NCBI GenBank assembly: GCA_030141605.1
Contig: JAQGDQ010000078.1
Coordinates: forward strand, 372,001 to 436,000
Length of the DNA stretch: 64,000 nt
DNA from: Tubiluchus corallicola
Taxonomy: Eukaryota > Animalia > Priapulida
Reading direction: 5' to 3'
In this document: positions 25,601 through 46,685 of the stretch, one piece after another
How positions within the stretch are numbered: the stretch's first letter is position 1
Layout: each line of letters begins with the position of its first letter
Made by a program: the position numbers and the translations under genes
The notes under the pieces: model-generated
What the model was told of the DNA's origin: nothing
What the model saw: only the letters and a program-made list of their open reading frames with translations
Database searches by the model: none

Positions 25601-26907
25601 TCAATATCTGTCCAAGATGAGCTACTATGTCTCTATCATGTTCCAATATATATGTAGCTTCCCTCAATCAGCATAAAAATTCATAAAATACGTTAGTTGT
25701 TACACCATACCACATCTTTTCTCATCGCTGTCATCAGCACAGTGGGCAATGCCATCGCAGTAGAACTCTGCATCAATACAGCTGCCATCATCACAGACAA
25801 ATTCAAAATCCGTACAAGTTTTGTTCAATGAACGTGCAAAAACTAGAAAAATATAATTTTATCGTACAGTGTGACACATACCAAGCTGTATCATATCATA
25901 ATATGTGTGTAAGGTGTACTCGAACGTTCTTTATTAACTCAACACCAACAACTTGCCGTAGATAACATACAGGAAGTTCTTGCTTACATTTCGATAAAAA
26001 GATCACTAACTGATGAGGATATACTTCTCTGTATAATAAATGTCAGAGGATGATGACTAATGGAGTCTGACAGAATAAAGTTTGATTAATGAAGTTTGAC
26101 TAGTATAAATCTATGTTATCAAAAGTTTTATGAATTTTGCAAACTGTTATATTAGCCTTCACAGTTCATACAACAACTTACACTGATGTTGTTTTAAAAA
26201 ACAAAAACAAAATAGAATTGCAGTGCTTCAAACAAGATATTAAATATTGCTGAAATAGTCAATGTTGAAGCACAAGAAAACACGCTTCAAAAATAAAGCT
26301 TAAAAAATTTGTCTTAAAATTTTATACCACTTCGTGCTGTCTTGCTGCATAGAGAGCTTGCTTTAACATTAATGTTGTATAAAACTTGTAAATTTAAACT
26401 CCTGCAATGAACGTAAGGCGCAACTGTTTTAATGGAAAGTCGTTTGAAACAATTTTAGAAAACATTGCATGAAGTTTGAAAAAATAATCACAGCATTTGT
26501 AGTGCACACTTCACTAACTAAGCAAAAGTTATATTGCCAATAAGATTAAAAATACACTTTTTAGAGAATAAATGGTGCACACTGGGATGGCGATTCAGTG
26601 CTGCTTTATTACGTAGCATGAATATTTCAAATTATTAAGAATTTTTTTTTGCAATTACATAAGTCTTACATAAGCAAACAGCTAAACGTAATGCTAAGTA
26701 ACACAACTTTACATGGAAAGTTTTTGAAACGTACTTTAAGTGAGGAAAAGAATAGCAAAATTTTACCATCGTTAAAATTAATTGTATCTTAATGGAGCTT
26801 TGTTACAATATTAATAAGTGTAACCTAACACTAAAATGAATAATTTTTTTCAAACCTGGAGATGTCAAAATTCCAATGAAGTGCACAGTTACTAATGGCT
26901 TATTCAT
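22651..26907 (-). CDS. Type-I membrane protein with a single LDL-receptor class A domain (LDLRAD-like architecture), 275 aa, 7 coding exons
   Basis: Exons 26907-26856, 25842-25711, 25386-25249, 24661-24563, 24006-23936, 23299-22998, 22684-22651; GT-AG, phases consistent, 828 nt. Signal [20 protein letters not shown]; LDLa [35 protein letters not shown]; [24 protein letters not shown]; S/P/R-rich tail ending [11 protein letters not shown]. Confidence 0.88.
26295..26600 (+). mobile_element. Dispersed repeat family K, partial copy (Kolobok-like)
   Basis: Aligns by eye with 57235-57460 (TGTATAAAAC.TGTAAATTTAAACTCC, GTCGTTTGAAACAA) and with the reverse complement of 32530-32770. Confidence 0.8.
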
Positions 26908-29204
26908 GCTTGCCAGAATGGAAAGAATTCATAGGTATTCGCAAGCATAACAACTACAAACCTAGAAGAATGCAAAGCATATAAGTTTATAAGTCATTAT
27001 AAATAATAAAGACAAAAAGCAAGCATATCACTACTGTTTCATTTAAGCTACTTGTCAATGTGTTTAAATTAAAATCTGAATCTTCCTATCCTTTGAATAT
27101 TCTTTTATCAGTCACTTCTATCCTTGTTTTGCATAACGTTTTTCCTTTTAAATTGCCTAAAACCCTCGTTTTTCAATTCTTATTTGGATGTGCTTACAAA
27201 GGTGCAAGCACTTAACAAGTTTTACTTCTGCTTCTTGCCATTTATTATATGAATACTGTCATATCAAAATTAAATCATTATTATTAATTGTATATTTTTC
27301 TCATTGTTTCTATATATTGTACTTGCATTTCCAAATAAATAAAAAAATAATTGAAATTAAATTGAAATAACTAAATCTGTGAAATGTAGCAGTGAAATAT
27401 ACACAAAGCAAATGGTTAATCAACTTTGTGAGCAGCCAATTTGTCTGTCAACTTCTTCACAGCAAATAACAACTATGTACACAATAAACTGGGGCTGCAA
27501 AATGAATATTACTGACTGTATAGTGAAAACCTCCTTAATCCTTTCCAAGATTGATCATGCTGAACAACCTTCACAGTTCTGACAGGCAACTATTATTATA
27601 TAATAACAACACATTTCCAGTAATGTACAGCAGTTGAAGCAGTTTGCCTTTTCACATGTGCATTATACAGCAGCTCACTTAATCTTTAGACTCTAGCTAC
27701 CCATACATAGCTCCATGCAAAAGTTAAAGTTAATAACACAACATTACATTAAAATGCTTTCTTAGCTTGTGACTTATTCTGGAGAGGCCAGCAGTATGAA
27801 ATTATCTTTATATCTTAAGTTAAGGTAATTACCTTTTTATATTACTATTATTAGATTATTATGGGGTTGCTCAGTACGTGAATTAAATACTACAGCCAAC
27901 TTGTTAAAAATACGTTGAATAGCTTTTATGAAATTAATTAACCAGTATATTCGAAATCATTTTATTAATACTACTATTACTAGTTCGTATTATTAATACA
28001 TTATTACTAGCCACTGAATAAGTATAATAATTATTAATAAATTATACTGGTAACGTACTATTGTAGTATAGTTTGATACGAAATAAATGGTATTAACATA
28101 AATGAAATCAAAACCGTTTTCCGAGGCTCATTACACGTAGTGCACGAATAAGATATTAACTAAATTCCACTTAACGATTACTAATCGTTTGTGACTACTA
28201 GTACTACAGTACTGACACAGAGAAAATTCTTCTGCTAAAGTGTTTTTACTTGTTCCAGAATCAACTAATTGACCACACAAATTTGTACAATTCGTTTCAA
28301 GGGCATTTTTTTCCCACAGAGAGTCAAACAATTCAAAACAGTAAAAAATATCCTGCCGTAGTTTAATAAATGTAAAATAAACAGTGTACTAATTTGACGT
28401 TGGTGATATTTTTTAGCTATTAGTTTATTTGCTATAAATTGCGACTGCTGTGTGTGGAGCTGAAACATATTGGACGATAACAAACTGAAAACGAATGTGA
28501 CCGCTAAGTTTTGCTTGCTGCTTGTTTCCTTGCTTATTACTAATGTCGGGAGTAGAGTAGGACATTAGCCGAAGAAAAACAATTGCCGTACATGTGCTAG
28601 CCCAAGTAGAGCGCATCCTACATGAGCTGCCCAAATTGGACAAAGAGAGACAGGGCACCAACTGAGTTGTTAACCGTTGTGGCAGCGTCCGTTGTCCTTG
28701 CTTATTTAATAATAATAGTCGAAAATGTCAATACATCATAGAATTTATTATACATCTTATACATCTGATAAAATAAAAGAATCTTATTCTGGGCTAGTCG
28801 AATCAGCAATATTAAATTTGACTTCGAGATTAATCTTTTTGAAGTGAAAATAAGTCTGCATTTTAAGCTATTCCAATATTCGGTTAAGGTATATCCTCTT
28901 TTATTTTGTCTCGCTTCACAGACAGGTGATCGGTTTCGCTACGCGAACGAAGTGAATAAAATACGTGAATTTGATCTTGCAAAGTGACACCTTTTATTGA
29001 TGTCAGTTTGCTCGCCGATTTGGTGAAGAGGATCATGTGTGTCCACGGTATTACGCCAAACTAACGGCAACTCAACCAGCAAGCACAATTTTTAATAAAA
29101 TGAAGAAACGTTCACAAAATTTTTAAAAACTTGACAAAAATCTCGATGTAAAGTTAACAGAGTGAGAGAAATCGCCAGTGCCCTCTTGGGCTTTGGCAAA
29201 AATA

Positions 29205-29214
29205 GCGCATGCGC
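29205..29214. promoter_or_regulatory. NRF1/EWG-type palindrome in a probable bidirectional promoter region
   Basis: Perfect GCGCATGCGC in a CpG-richer stretch (~28400-29300) between the divergent LDLa gene and TMEM184C. Confidence 0.55.
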
Positions 29215-30984
29215 CTTAGCGCAACTGTCCTAATTCGGCTAGTGGGGTACTCTGCGCCCTACACTTACTCGTTCTTTTTGTTTACTGTATTCTACAGTAG
29301 GTCATGGTCTTTTAGCCCTAATGCATCCTGAAATTTTTGTTTTAATTAATAATTAATCTGTGCGATTTTTTTACAATTACTGTATGTTTTTATTGCTTGT
29401 TGTTTTGTTCATACATTAATTTTGTTCAGAAAACCAGAAATAGATTAAGCTTATTTTTCTGAAGTGAATTAGTATGGTCGTGAGCTGCCTTTTATTGAGG
29501 AACAAGCTTTGTTAATCTCCTTTTTATTCAACAGTATCCTACTTATACCAATACCTCCAAAAATTTAGCTTGTCTATTTTTTCTCTCCAAACCTCAGCAG
29601 TTTACAGTTGTCTTGATTAAGAAGTTGTTTCTCCACAAGGTTGTCGCATACAGCAACAATGCATAACAAAGTGTCAGCAACAAATCTTTAGAGAGAGAGA
29701 CAAGTAGAGGAAGACCATACCGTTCTCCGAGCATTCACCCCTGAAAAAATTCAAAATGTTTTGCACATGATATTACTGTCAAGGTATTTTCATTCACATC
29801 TAAGAGTAGAGTGAGAATATTGTGTATGGACTATGGGGTTGCTGTTGTTGTAAGAGTGTTGTTTCCATTGTTTTTATGGCACCTTCCACTTGTCCAAATG
29901 GGTGATTACCAAATTACCATATTAAATGTGTTCTATTTTTCAGAACTTGTTGAAAAGCTGTGGCATTCATCTTTTCATACATTTCATATGTTGATTGTTT
30001 TGTGGTTACAAAAGTTAGAGGCCCATACTCAGATTTAGCAAAATATTTTACTTACATAGAAAACACTACCCAATTTTGCATCGTAGCTCAAAATAATTTA
30101 TCGTCTAAAACACATAGACTGAATGTTTTGTATTCCAAGTATCATTTAGATAACACAAGCAAACTTAACACATGGGAAGTAGTTGCTATAGGAAGTACTA
30201 TGAAATACTTGATCATGCTTTTGCCTTTAAAGGCCAGCAGGTGCTCATATTAGACATTGATCAGACTACTTATTTCTAGCAAACACATTCTTCTCTTCAC
30301 GAGTTAAAATGTACACCTTGATGAGTAATGGGTTGTATTGCAAAACCTTAACTAATTCACTTATATTCTGTTACAGTTAAGTGTGCGATAGTTACACATC
30401 CTATTACTAGCAAACATGTGCAAAGTTTGATTGATTTGACCTCAGTAATCAGAGATGCAATGCAAAATGTTTGGCCATTGTTCAGTACATCACATAAGCA
30501 TTTGCTGACCTTTGAACTTAAAGGTAAGATCAAGTATTTCGTAGTCAACTTTCTTCTGACTAGTATTACCCATGCACTAAGTTTGCTGCTTTTGGTCTTA
30601 TTAGCTTTTGGGATATAATTTTGAAGACAAGCATGCTTCAAGCATGACATTGTAACCTTTGTTGTCTTCTCTTTTTGCTAGTGTTTCCTTATCTGCCAAG
30701 TTTGAATGGGATGATTGATCTTACAGGCATCCTTGAAGATGTATATAGACTTTCAAAAGTTTTTCCTTCATTCTGTTAAGTTTTACATTTGTATGACAAT
30801 TTGTGCAAATGAAACATTTCAGTACCAGACCTTTGCTGGAATCATATGTAGTGTGCTTTTTAAATCAAGTGTCACCATTTTTAAAAGACTCCAAATTGGT
30901 GATTATTAAATCACTAAACTGGTTTTAAGTGAAAATCTCAGATTAACAGCTTTTTTACCAGGTTACTGTGTTAGAAGATAAAAG

Positions 30985-40529
<9,545 letters not shown>

Positions 40530-40695
40530 AGTGTCATCCTACGTAATCAGCTTAAAAAAGCTTGTGTATTAAGCTAGTCTGTGAACGGTGTATATCACTC
40601 GTAAAACAAAGATTATGGTGAAACAAATTAATTATGTTGACTGTGAAGCATCTGTTTTGTGTACACTAAGAATTATCAGTCATTGTTGTTAGATA

Positions 40696-40950
40696 ATAAT
40701 AATAATAATAATAATAATCTTTATTTAAAGTCGGCTTTAAACCCTAAAGACAATACAAACCTGCAATGAGGCTTTATGGCCAACTGGATATAACAAACTA
40801 CACCTACATAACAGAAATTATATTGCCCCACTTTTACCATAAATACCTTGTGCCAGGCAGGGCAACAGGCGGTACCATTTTTAGTCTTTAGTATGACCCT
40901 GACCGCAGTATCGAACTCACGACCTCGCAATTGGAAAGTGCGATTGCCTG
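40696..40950 (-). mobile_element. tRNA-derived SINE with a central domain resembling MetaSINE, probably in the TMEM184C 3' UTR
   Basis: Minus strand: B box GAGTTCGATACT, then GGGTCATACTAAAGACTAAAAATGGTACCGCCTGTTGCCCTGCCTGGCAC, then a (TTA)n tail at 40696-40718. The superfamily call is from recollection. Confidence 0.75.
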
Positions 40951-42092
40951 TCTGGTATAACAAGATAACAAGGCAAAACATATCTTTTTTAAAAAGAGAG
41001 CTGTACCTCAAATATTGCGTTATCACACAGTGATAGTTGTGCAAATCACTCATCTGGAACACTACCGGTTATTATAACAGTTTTTTCAGATTTTCTCTCA
41101 TTGTCAATTTTTGATCTTAAGCATGCAGATAATTGCTGACAAGCAAAAATAATTTTTTCTTGTCAGTCCAGACAGAAATTTCAAAAGGTGTCATTCTTTT
41201 TGGTTAGTGAATTTTGCCAGCAAAGTCTTATAGAAATTTAGGTAAGACATGTCATATTTAGAGTTGTGAGAAATAGTATTTTTCTTGTAGTGCCTTGTGA
41301 CTTACTTTGCTTTACATGAGCAGTTTTTATGCGAACTTTTGCAAGAATCACAACTTGCAACTTATCCCATAACTTGTCCTTTTATGGCACATTAACTGTT
41401 TCTTGTATAATTTCTCTCTGTACACTATTGAATAACTGTCACACATTGTTTAGAGATCATTTAGTTATTGCTTTTAATAATGGCAGTTTGGGAAAGTTTT
41501 TATAGTGCAAATATCGATTCTAGGTTAACACAGCAACAGTTAAAAACTAATGGTCTTTGTTGCAGCAACTGAAAATCATTAACCCAAATATCAAATGTGT
41601 CCTCTGTGGCTGAACTGACTATAAAATTTTTAATTTTTTTAAAATGCTTTCAGTACGTGTTATGAGTTGTAGCTGTACATAACAACTTGTCACTCTATAC
41701 ATGGAGTTTCAGTTTTTCAGTGTGATATTATGTGTTGTTAATGTTGTATACTACAGGTATACTACGTTAATGTAGTAAAGTAATATAATAATTATACTAC
41801 ATAATACTTTTGTTAAAACATGCAGTATGTAGATAATGCAAATAGTACAAATGTGATATGCTATCACTGTGTTGTGTTTTCTTTCGTGAAGCAATTAATT
41901 CTCTTGAAAATGTTGTTAGTTAATTTATAATTTCAAGATGCCGATATTTTTGCATCTGCCAGGTTATGATAAGCACCTTCCTTGATTTGGTAAGATGTAA
42001 ATTGATGGTTGACAGTAAAGGTTTGCTGTGTGAACTCGAAAAGAACGCATTGACATGAATTTCGTTTGCATCTGATATTAACTTATGTAATA

Positions 42093-42200
42093 CAGTCAAA
42101 CCTCTTTATACCACCTACTTTAGGACTGCGAAAAAAGTTGGCATTCAGTGAGTTTGGCGTTATAACAAAGTGCATTAATACATAAATGTGTGAGCAAGTA
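42093..42200. mobile_element. Tigger/pogo-like MITE terminal fragment
   Basis: TA-CAGTCAAACCTCTTTATACC matches the TIR ending at 35267. Confidence 0.6.
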
Positions 42201-43679
42201 GAGACATTTTGTTTTGCCAAAAATCTGGACAGTAAGCGAGATTGGGTTATAAGCATTTTTATAACGAATACAAATCTTAAACAATTTTGTGCATGTAAAT
42301 AATGAACTCTCCAAATTAAAATGGAGATCTGCCAGTAAACTGATTAAGTCATAATTATATTGTTATTTAGATTATAGCTTTGTCTTTCAGACTTTTACTT
42401 TTGATGTAAAAAATTTTACTGCCATCTAGAAGAGCTACCATCATTAGATTTGATGGTATAAATTGAGAACCCACCATACTACATATATGCTGATAATTAA
42501 CAGAACAGTTATGATGTTACACTTAGGGTAGATGTTTGGAAACCTGTGAGACAAAATACCCTCAAGTTTGTTTTTACACAATCTGTCAAAAGTACTTTTA
42601 CGTACACATAAACTTTTAAGTACGTAATGGGATTTGCAGTAGATCTAGATAACATACGCAGCTTGCAAAATTTAATGAAAAAGTGCCCTCATTGTTAGAA
42701 ACTTGCACGACTGAAACACCACAGATATTAAGTGTTTAGCCCAGTAATTTGGTTACTCGAGATGGCATTTCGATATAATGAAACTTGGGGAGTTCTTTGT
42801 ATAGGCCTGGGCCAAAAGCACAACCATTTGTTATCTAACATTAACATGACTTAAAAAGCCTCGGCACATACTTGGAGGAACCTTGCAGTCTATGTCTTTG
42901 ATGTCAAAAGTCCAGAACTCACAGGCGACTTGTTACGTATTTTCGCAAACATTACCATTCAACGGTACGTAAGCCATATCTTTGAGAAGGGTACACCTGC
43001 AAAGGGGGTCAGCATAGTACTGTAACATGTTACAAGTAACAAAACTAGAGTAAAATTACAAATTTCAGAAACATTAAGTAGTGTTATGAATAAATAACAT
43101 GAATTACTTTTACCCTAACTATAACTATGTATTTACTATAAGAAACAAATAAGAGCTGTGCCGTCCCTTATTTATAAAGTTTATTACATAAAGTTGGGGT
43201 CTTCGAAGGGGAGTGGCCCAAAATGGCCCTACTAACAACTCCCCATCCTGTTGGAAGCCCTCACCCACAGCATATCTCATTTAGTGAAAGATTAAAACTA
43301 AATTTTCGAAAGTTTTGGATAACATGCGTCAGAACTGTTACATATTTTAGATCAAAATGTTAAAGGTAGCAATTAAGACTAAAGAGTGATGTTAAATTTG
43401 TTTTTTATATACCGTGCTACAATATTTCAACGAATGCCAAATTTGGCGGAGGAATTGTTCCTGCAAAATATTGTAGCAACCCGGAAATGAGCGTCTACTG
43501 AAGGCCAGTGGTCAAGCAACTTTCCATTTTTGGCGAATCTGCAGCACATCTCGTAAGTGACGAAAATTTATCTATATGGGTGCATATTATCTTTGACATA
43601 TTTGAAAACCTCAGTTTCGAAGTTGAAGTCAACAGCGTTTGTTTCACACCTGGCTGTACAATAGTAAATTACAACGCGC

Positions 43680-44560
43680 ATATGTAAATTGTTTCACTAG
43701 CTTTACGTGCGCTTATGAGTAGCACATCATGCATTGCTGAATACTCGTGTGTGTGCTTGCTTGGTTCACTGGCCTTACGTGCGCTTACGAGTAATACATC
43801 ATGCACTGTTGTGTATTCGCGCGCGCGCGCGTGCGTGTGTGCTTGCTTCACGGGCCTTACGTGTGACTATGAGCACCACATCATACACTGCTGAGTACTC
43901 GTATACTGTGTATACTTGCTTGCTTCAGTATCCTTATGTATGGCTGTGAGCAGGACATCATGTATTGTTGAGTACTCGTGTGTATACTTGCTTGCTTCAT
44001 TATCCTTATGTGTGGCTGTGAGCACTCGTGTGCGTTCTTGCTTGCTTCATTATCCTTATGTGTGGCTATGAGCAGGACATCATGTATTGTTGAGTACTCG
44101 TGTGTATACTTGCTTGCTTTATTATCCTTATGTGCGGCTGTAAGCAGGACATCCTGCACTGTTGAGTACTTGTGTGTATACTTGCTTGCTTCATTATCCT
44201 TATGTGTGGCTGTGAGCAGGACATCATGTACTGTTGAGTACTCGTGTGTGTGCTTGCTTGCTTCATTGGCCTTATGTGTGGCTGTGAGCAGGACATCATG
44301 TACTGTTGAGTACTCGTGTGTGTATACTTGCTTGCTTCATTATCCTTATGTGTGGCTGTGAGCAGGACATCATGTACTGATGAGTACTCGTGTGTGAGCT
44401 TGCTTGCTTCATTATCCTTATGTGTGGCTGTGAGCAGGACATCATGTACTGTTGAGTATTCGTGTGTGAGCTTGCTTGCTTCATTATCCTTGTGTGGCTG
44501 TGAGCAGGACATCATGTACTGTTGAGTACTCGTGTGTGTGCTTGCTTGCTTCATTATTCT
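43680..44560. repeat. 72-bp minisatellite, ~12 units
   Basis: Consensus GAGTACTCGTGTGTATACTTGCTTGCTTCATTATCCTTATGTGTGGCTGTGAGCAGGACATCATGTACTGTT; unit starts at 44092, 44164, 44236, 44308, 44382, 44454, 44524; outer units diverged. Confidence 0.95.
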
Positions 44561-45421
44561 CATGTGTGTGTGTGTGTGCGTGCGTGCGTGTGTGTGCTGG
44601 CTTGGCTTTAGGCGCAGCTATAAGCGGTACATCATGCAGTGCTGAGTGTGCGTGTGCGTACTGGCTTCATTGGCTTCAGGAGCGGCGGCACACCATGCGC
44701 AGTTGATCGCTGAAGACGCTGCAGTGTGGGAATGATCGCTGTGTGATGAAATCTAGGTGTATTAGTAAATTACAAGTAAATGATATTGACTAGACACCAG
44801 CATAATCACTAGCAAATAGGATAACAGAAGACATGGGTTGGATGCGGGTTGCAATTCTCATTGGTGGTGAGTAAATTGTAATTTAATTTACATATTGCGC
44901 TCGTTTCCGAGTGAATTCGCTCAGCTTCTTCGAAAACAACTTACGCGTAATGCGCTGAAGAAGTTACAATAATCGCTATAAAGTTATTTTGCAGTTTTAA
45001 TAATTAATATTTTAAGTTTTTAACTAGCCTTTAACAATGTTAATATTATAGTTTTAGACTTGAATTATGCGTACGGTAATTCTAGTATCTTTAAATAAAC
45101 GCTTATGAGTGCACTGACTGCCCCAGTTGCAATAATACAGTATTTACCACGTGAAAGGTTATTTTGACGAAAGTCGAGATTGATGATTGATCCAATGGAG
45201 TGCATCATAGTAATGTACAACTATTGCAGCGAATGGGCATTGCTAAGTGTTCACGTTGGCGTTCCGTAAATGAAATATCTGTTGGAAAAATGCTTTTGGT
45301 TCGTTTGCCTTACGGCTTCCAGCAATTTCTCAGACTGAAAAAAGTATGTAAACACGCGCAAAAAGGGGCCTTTAATAAAAAATTTTGTGTCTGATTGCAG
45401 GATAATCAAGACAGTGTCTTT

Positions 45422-45512
45422 ACGGCGCGTTCAGACTAGCGAGTTTTCTTGCGGGTTTTCTCTCGCAGTAACTCTCAGCAAGTTTTGAACTGCGAGAAAA
45501 CTCGTTAGTCTC
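45422..45512. mobile_element. Palindromic MITE fragment, Harbinger-like
   Basis: GGCGCGTTCAGACTAGCGAGTTTTCTTGC ... GCGAGAAAACTCGTTAGTCT inverted repeat; terminus similar to the element at 10354. Confidence 0.55.
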
Positions 45513-45764
45513 TCCCGTAAAAACAGTAATGAGCTAGATTTTGGTACTGCCACAACATTTAAAAATAATTACTATCATCAAGTTGGATTATGTTTGGGAC
45601 TGTCAAAACAACACAACTCCTAAAAATCAATTAATGTTGGTCAGGCTTATCATTCGTGATGAAACAAACTAAACTTGCACAACAACGATTGTCATTATCT
45701 ACATGTAACTTAAAATAATCGAAGTTATTCAGACGAGGAACCATCGGTATTGTTTTCCTAATAT

Positions 45765-45825
45765 TGGACGGCCGTGGAATTCAACTCACAACCTCCCACA
45801 CAGAAAGCAAGCATGCTACCTCAGA
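45765..45825 (-). mobile_element. Degraded tRNA-derived SINE head
   Basis: GGAATTCAACTCACAACCTCCC parallels GTATCGAACTCACGACCTCGC of the SINE at 40908. Confidence 0.5.
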
Positions 45826-46306
45826 ATTATTCCGACGTCACGTTATTTGTAAAACATATTCACTACTGACAGACACTAGTTAACTTCCATTGTCTGCACT
45901 TTGGCGTCGAAAACCCACTAAAATGACATACGCATACGCGTTAAGCAGATTGCTTGTGAATTTGATCGTTTAAATGAAGTTGCTAATTAAATTTCTTAAT
46001 TAGAATCGATCTGTTTTGCCAAAGTTTTCACAGACAACAGCTTAGCGTTCTTAGAACAACGCTCTTGAGATTCGTCATGCAAAGCACAATCTTTTATTGC
46101 ATTTTAATATGTAATTATATTGATTTTGTTTACGTGGTCCCGGCTGACTGCATTTGAACAGCTTTAAGTAATGATTGACATTCTTGCGTATGCTGATGTG
46201 AGGCGTGTAGTTGAGTTCTAAGGTACGACCAGTGAATGCTAATTTTCAGATAACGCTAAATATAGGCCTATGCCGCTACAAATTTTTACAAAGTTAATAT
46301 TAACTC

Positions 46307-46685
46307 CAGGGCCGTCATGGACACGCTGGACAGTTGCCCGGGGCCCCACGAGCATAGGGGCCCCATGTTAATTTATGTATGTGACTTGCTTTCATACTAA
46401 ACCATAAATACTTATTATTATGTGACAATCTCCGTCTATATGGCTTTCAATTAAGTATCATTTATATGTTGAATTTTTGTGTTATTCATGACTCGTTATA
46501 GTGTTCAAACACTTGTGTTGATTAACCTTTGCTGTGCAGTTTTTTACTGGTTTTTAATGTTTAAACACTGATTTTGTTAGAAGTACCAATACAATAATTA
46601 TGGGTTTAATTTTATCGACCATTTGCATTTTTAGTCCTGTACCCTGCTTTGCCCAGTGGCCTATAATACTGTTAAAACAGCCCTG
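46307..46685. mobile_element. hAT-type MITE, family A copy 2
   Basis: TIRs CAGGGCCGTC / AACAGCCCTG; perfect 8-bp TSD ATTAACTC at 46299-46306 and 46686-46693; shares CAGTTGCCCGGGGC and TTTAATTTTATCGACCATTT with 20553-20834. Confidence 0.92.

Noticed and set aside
43680-44560. CRISPR-like array or repeat-protein gene
   Set aside because: Units are contiguous with no unique spacers, no cas genes, eukaryotic context; unit-length variants shift the frame.
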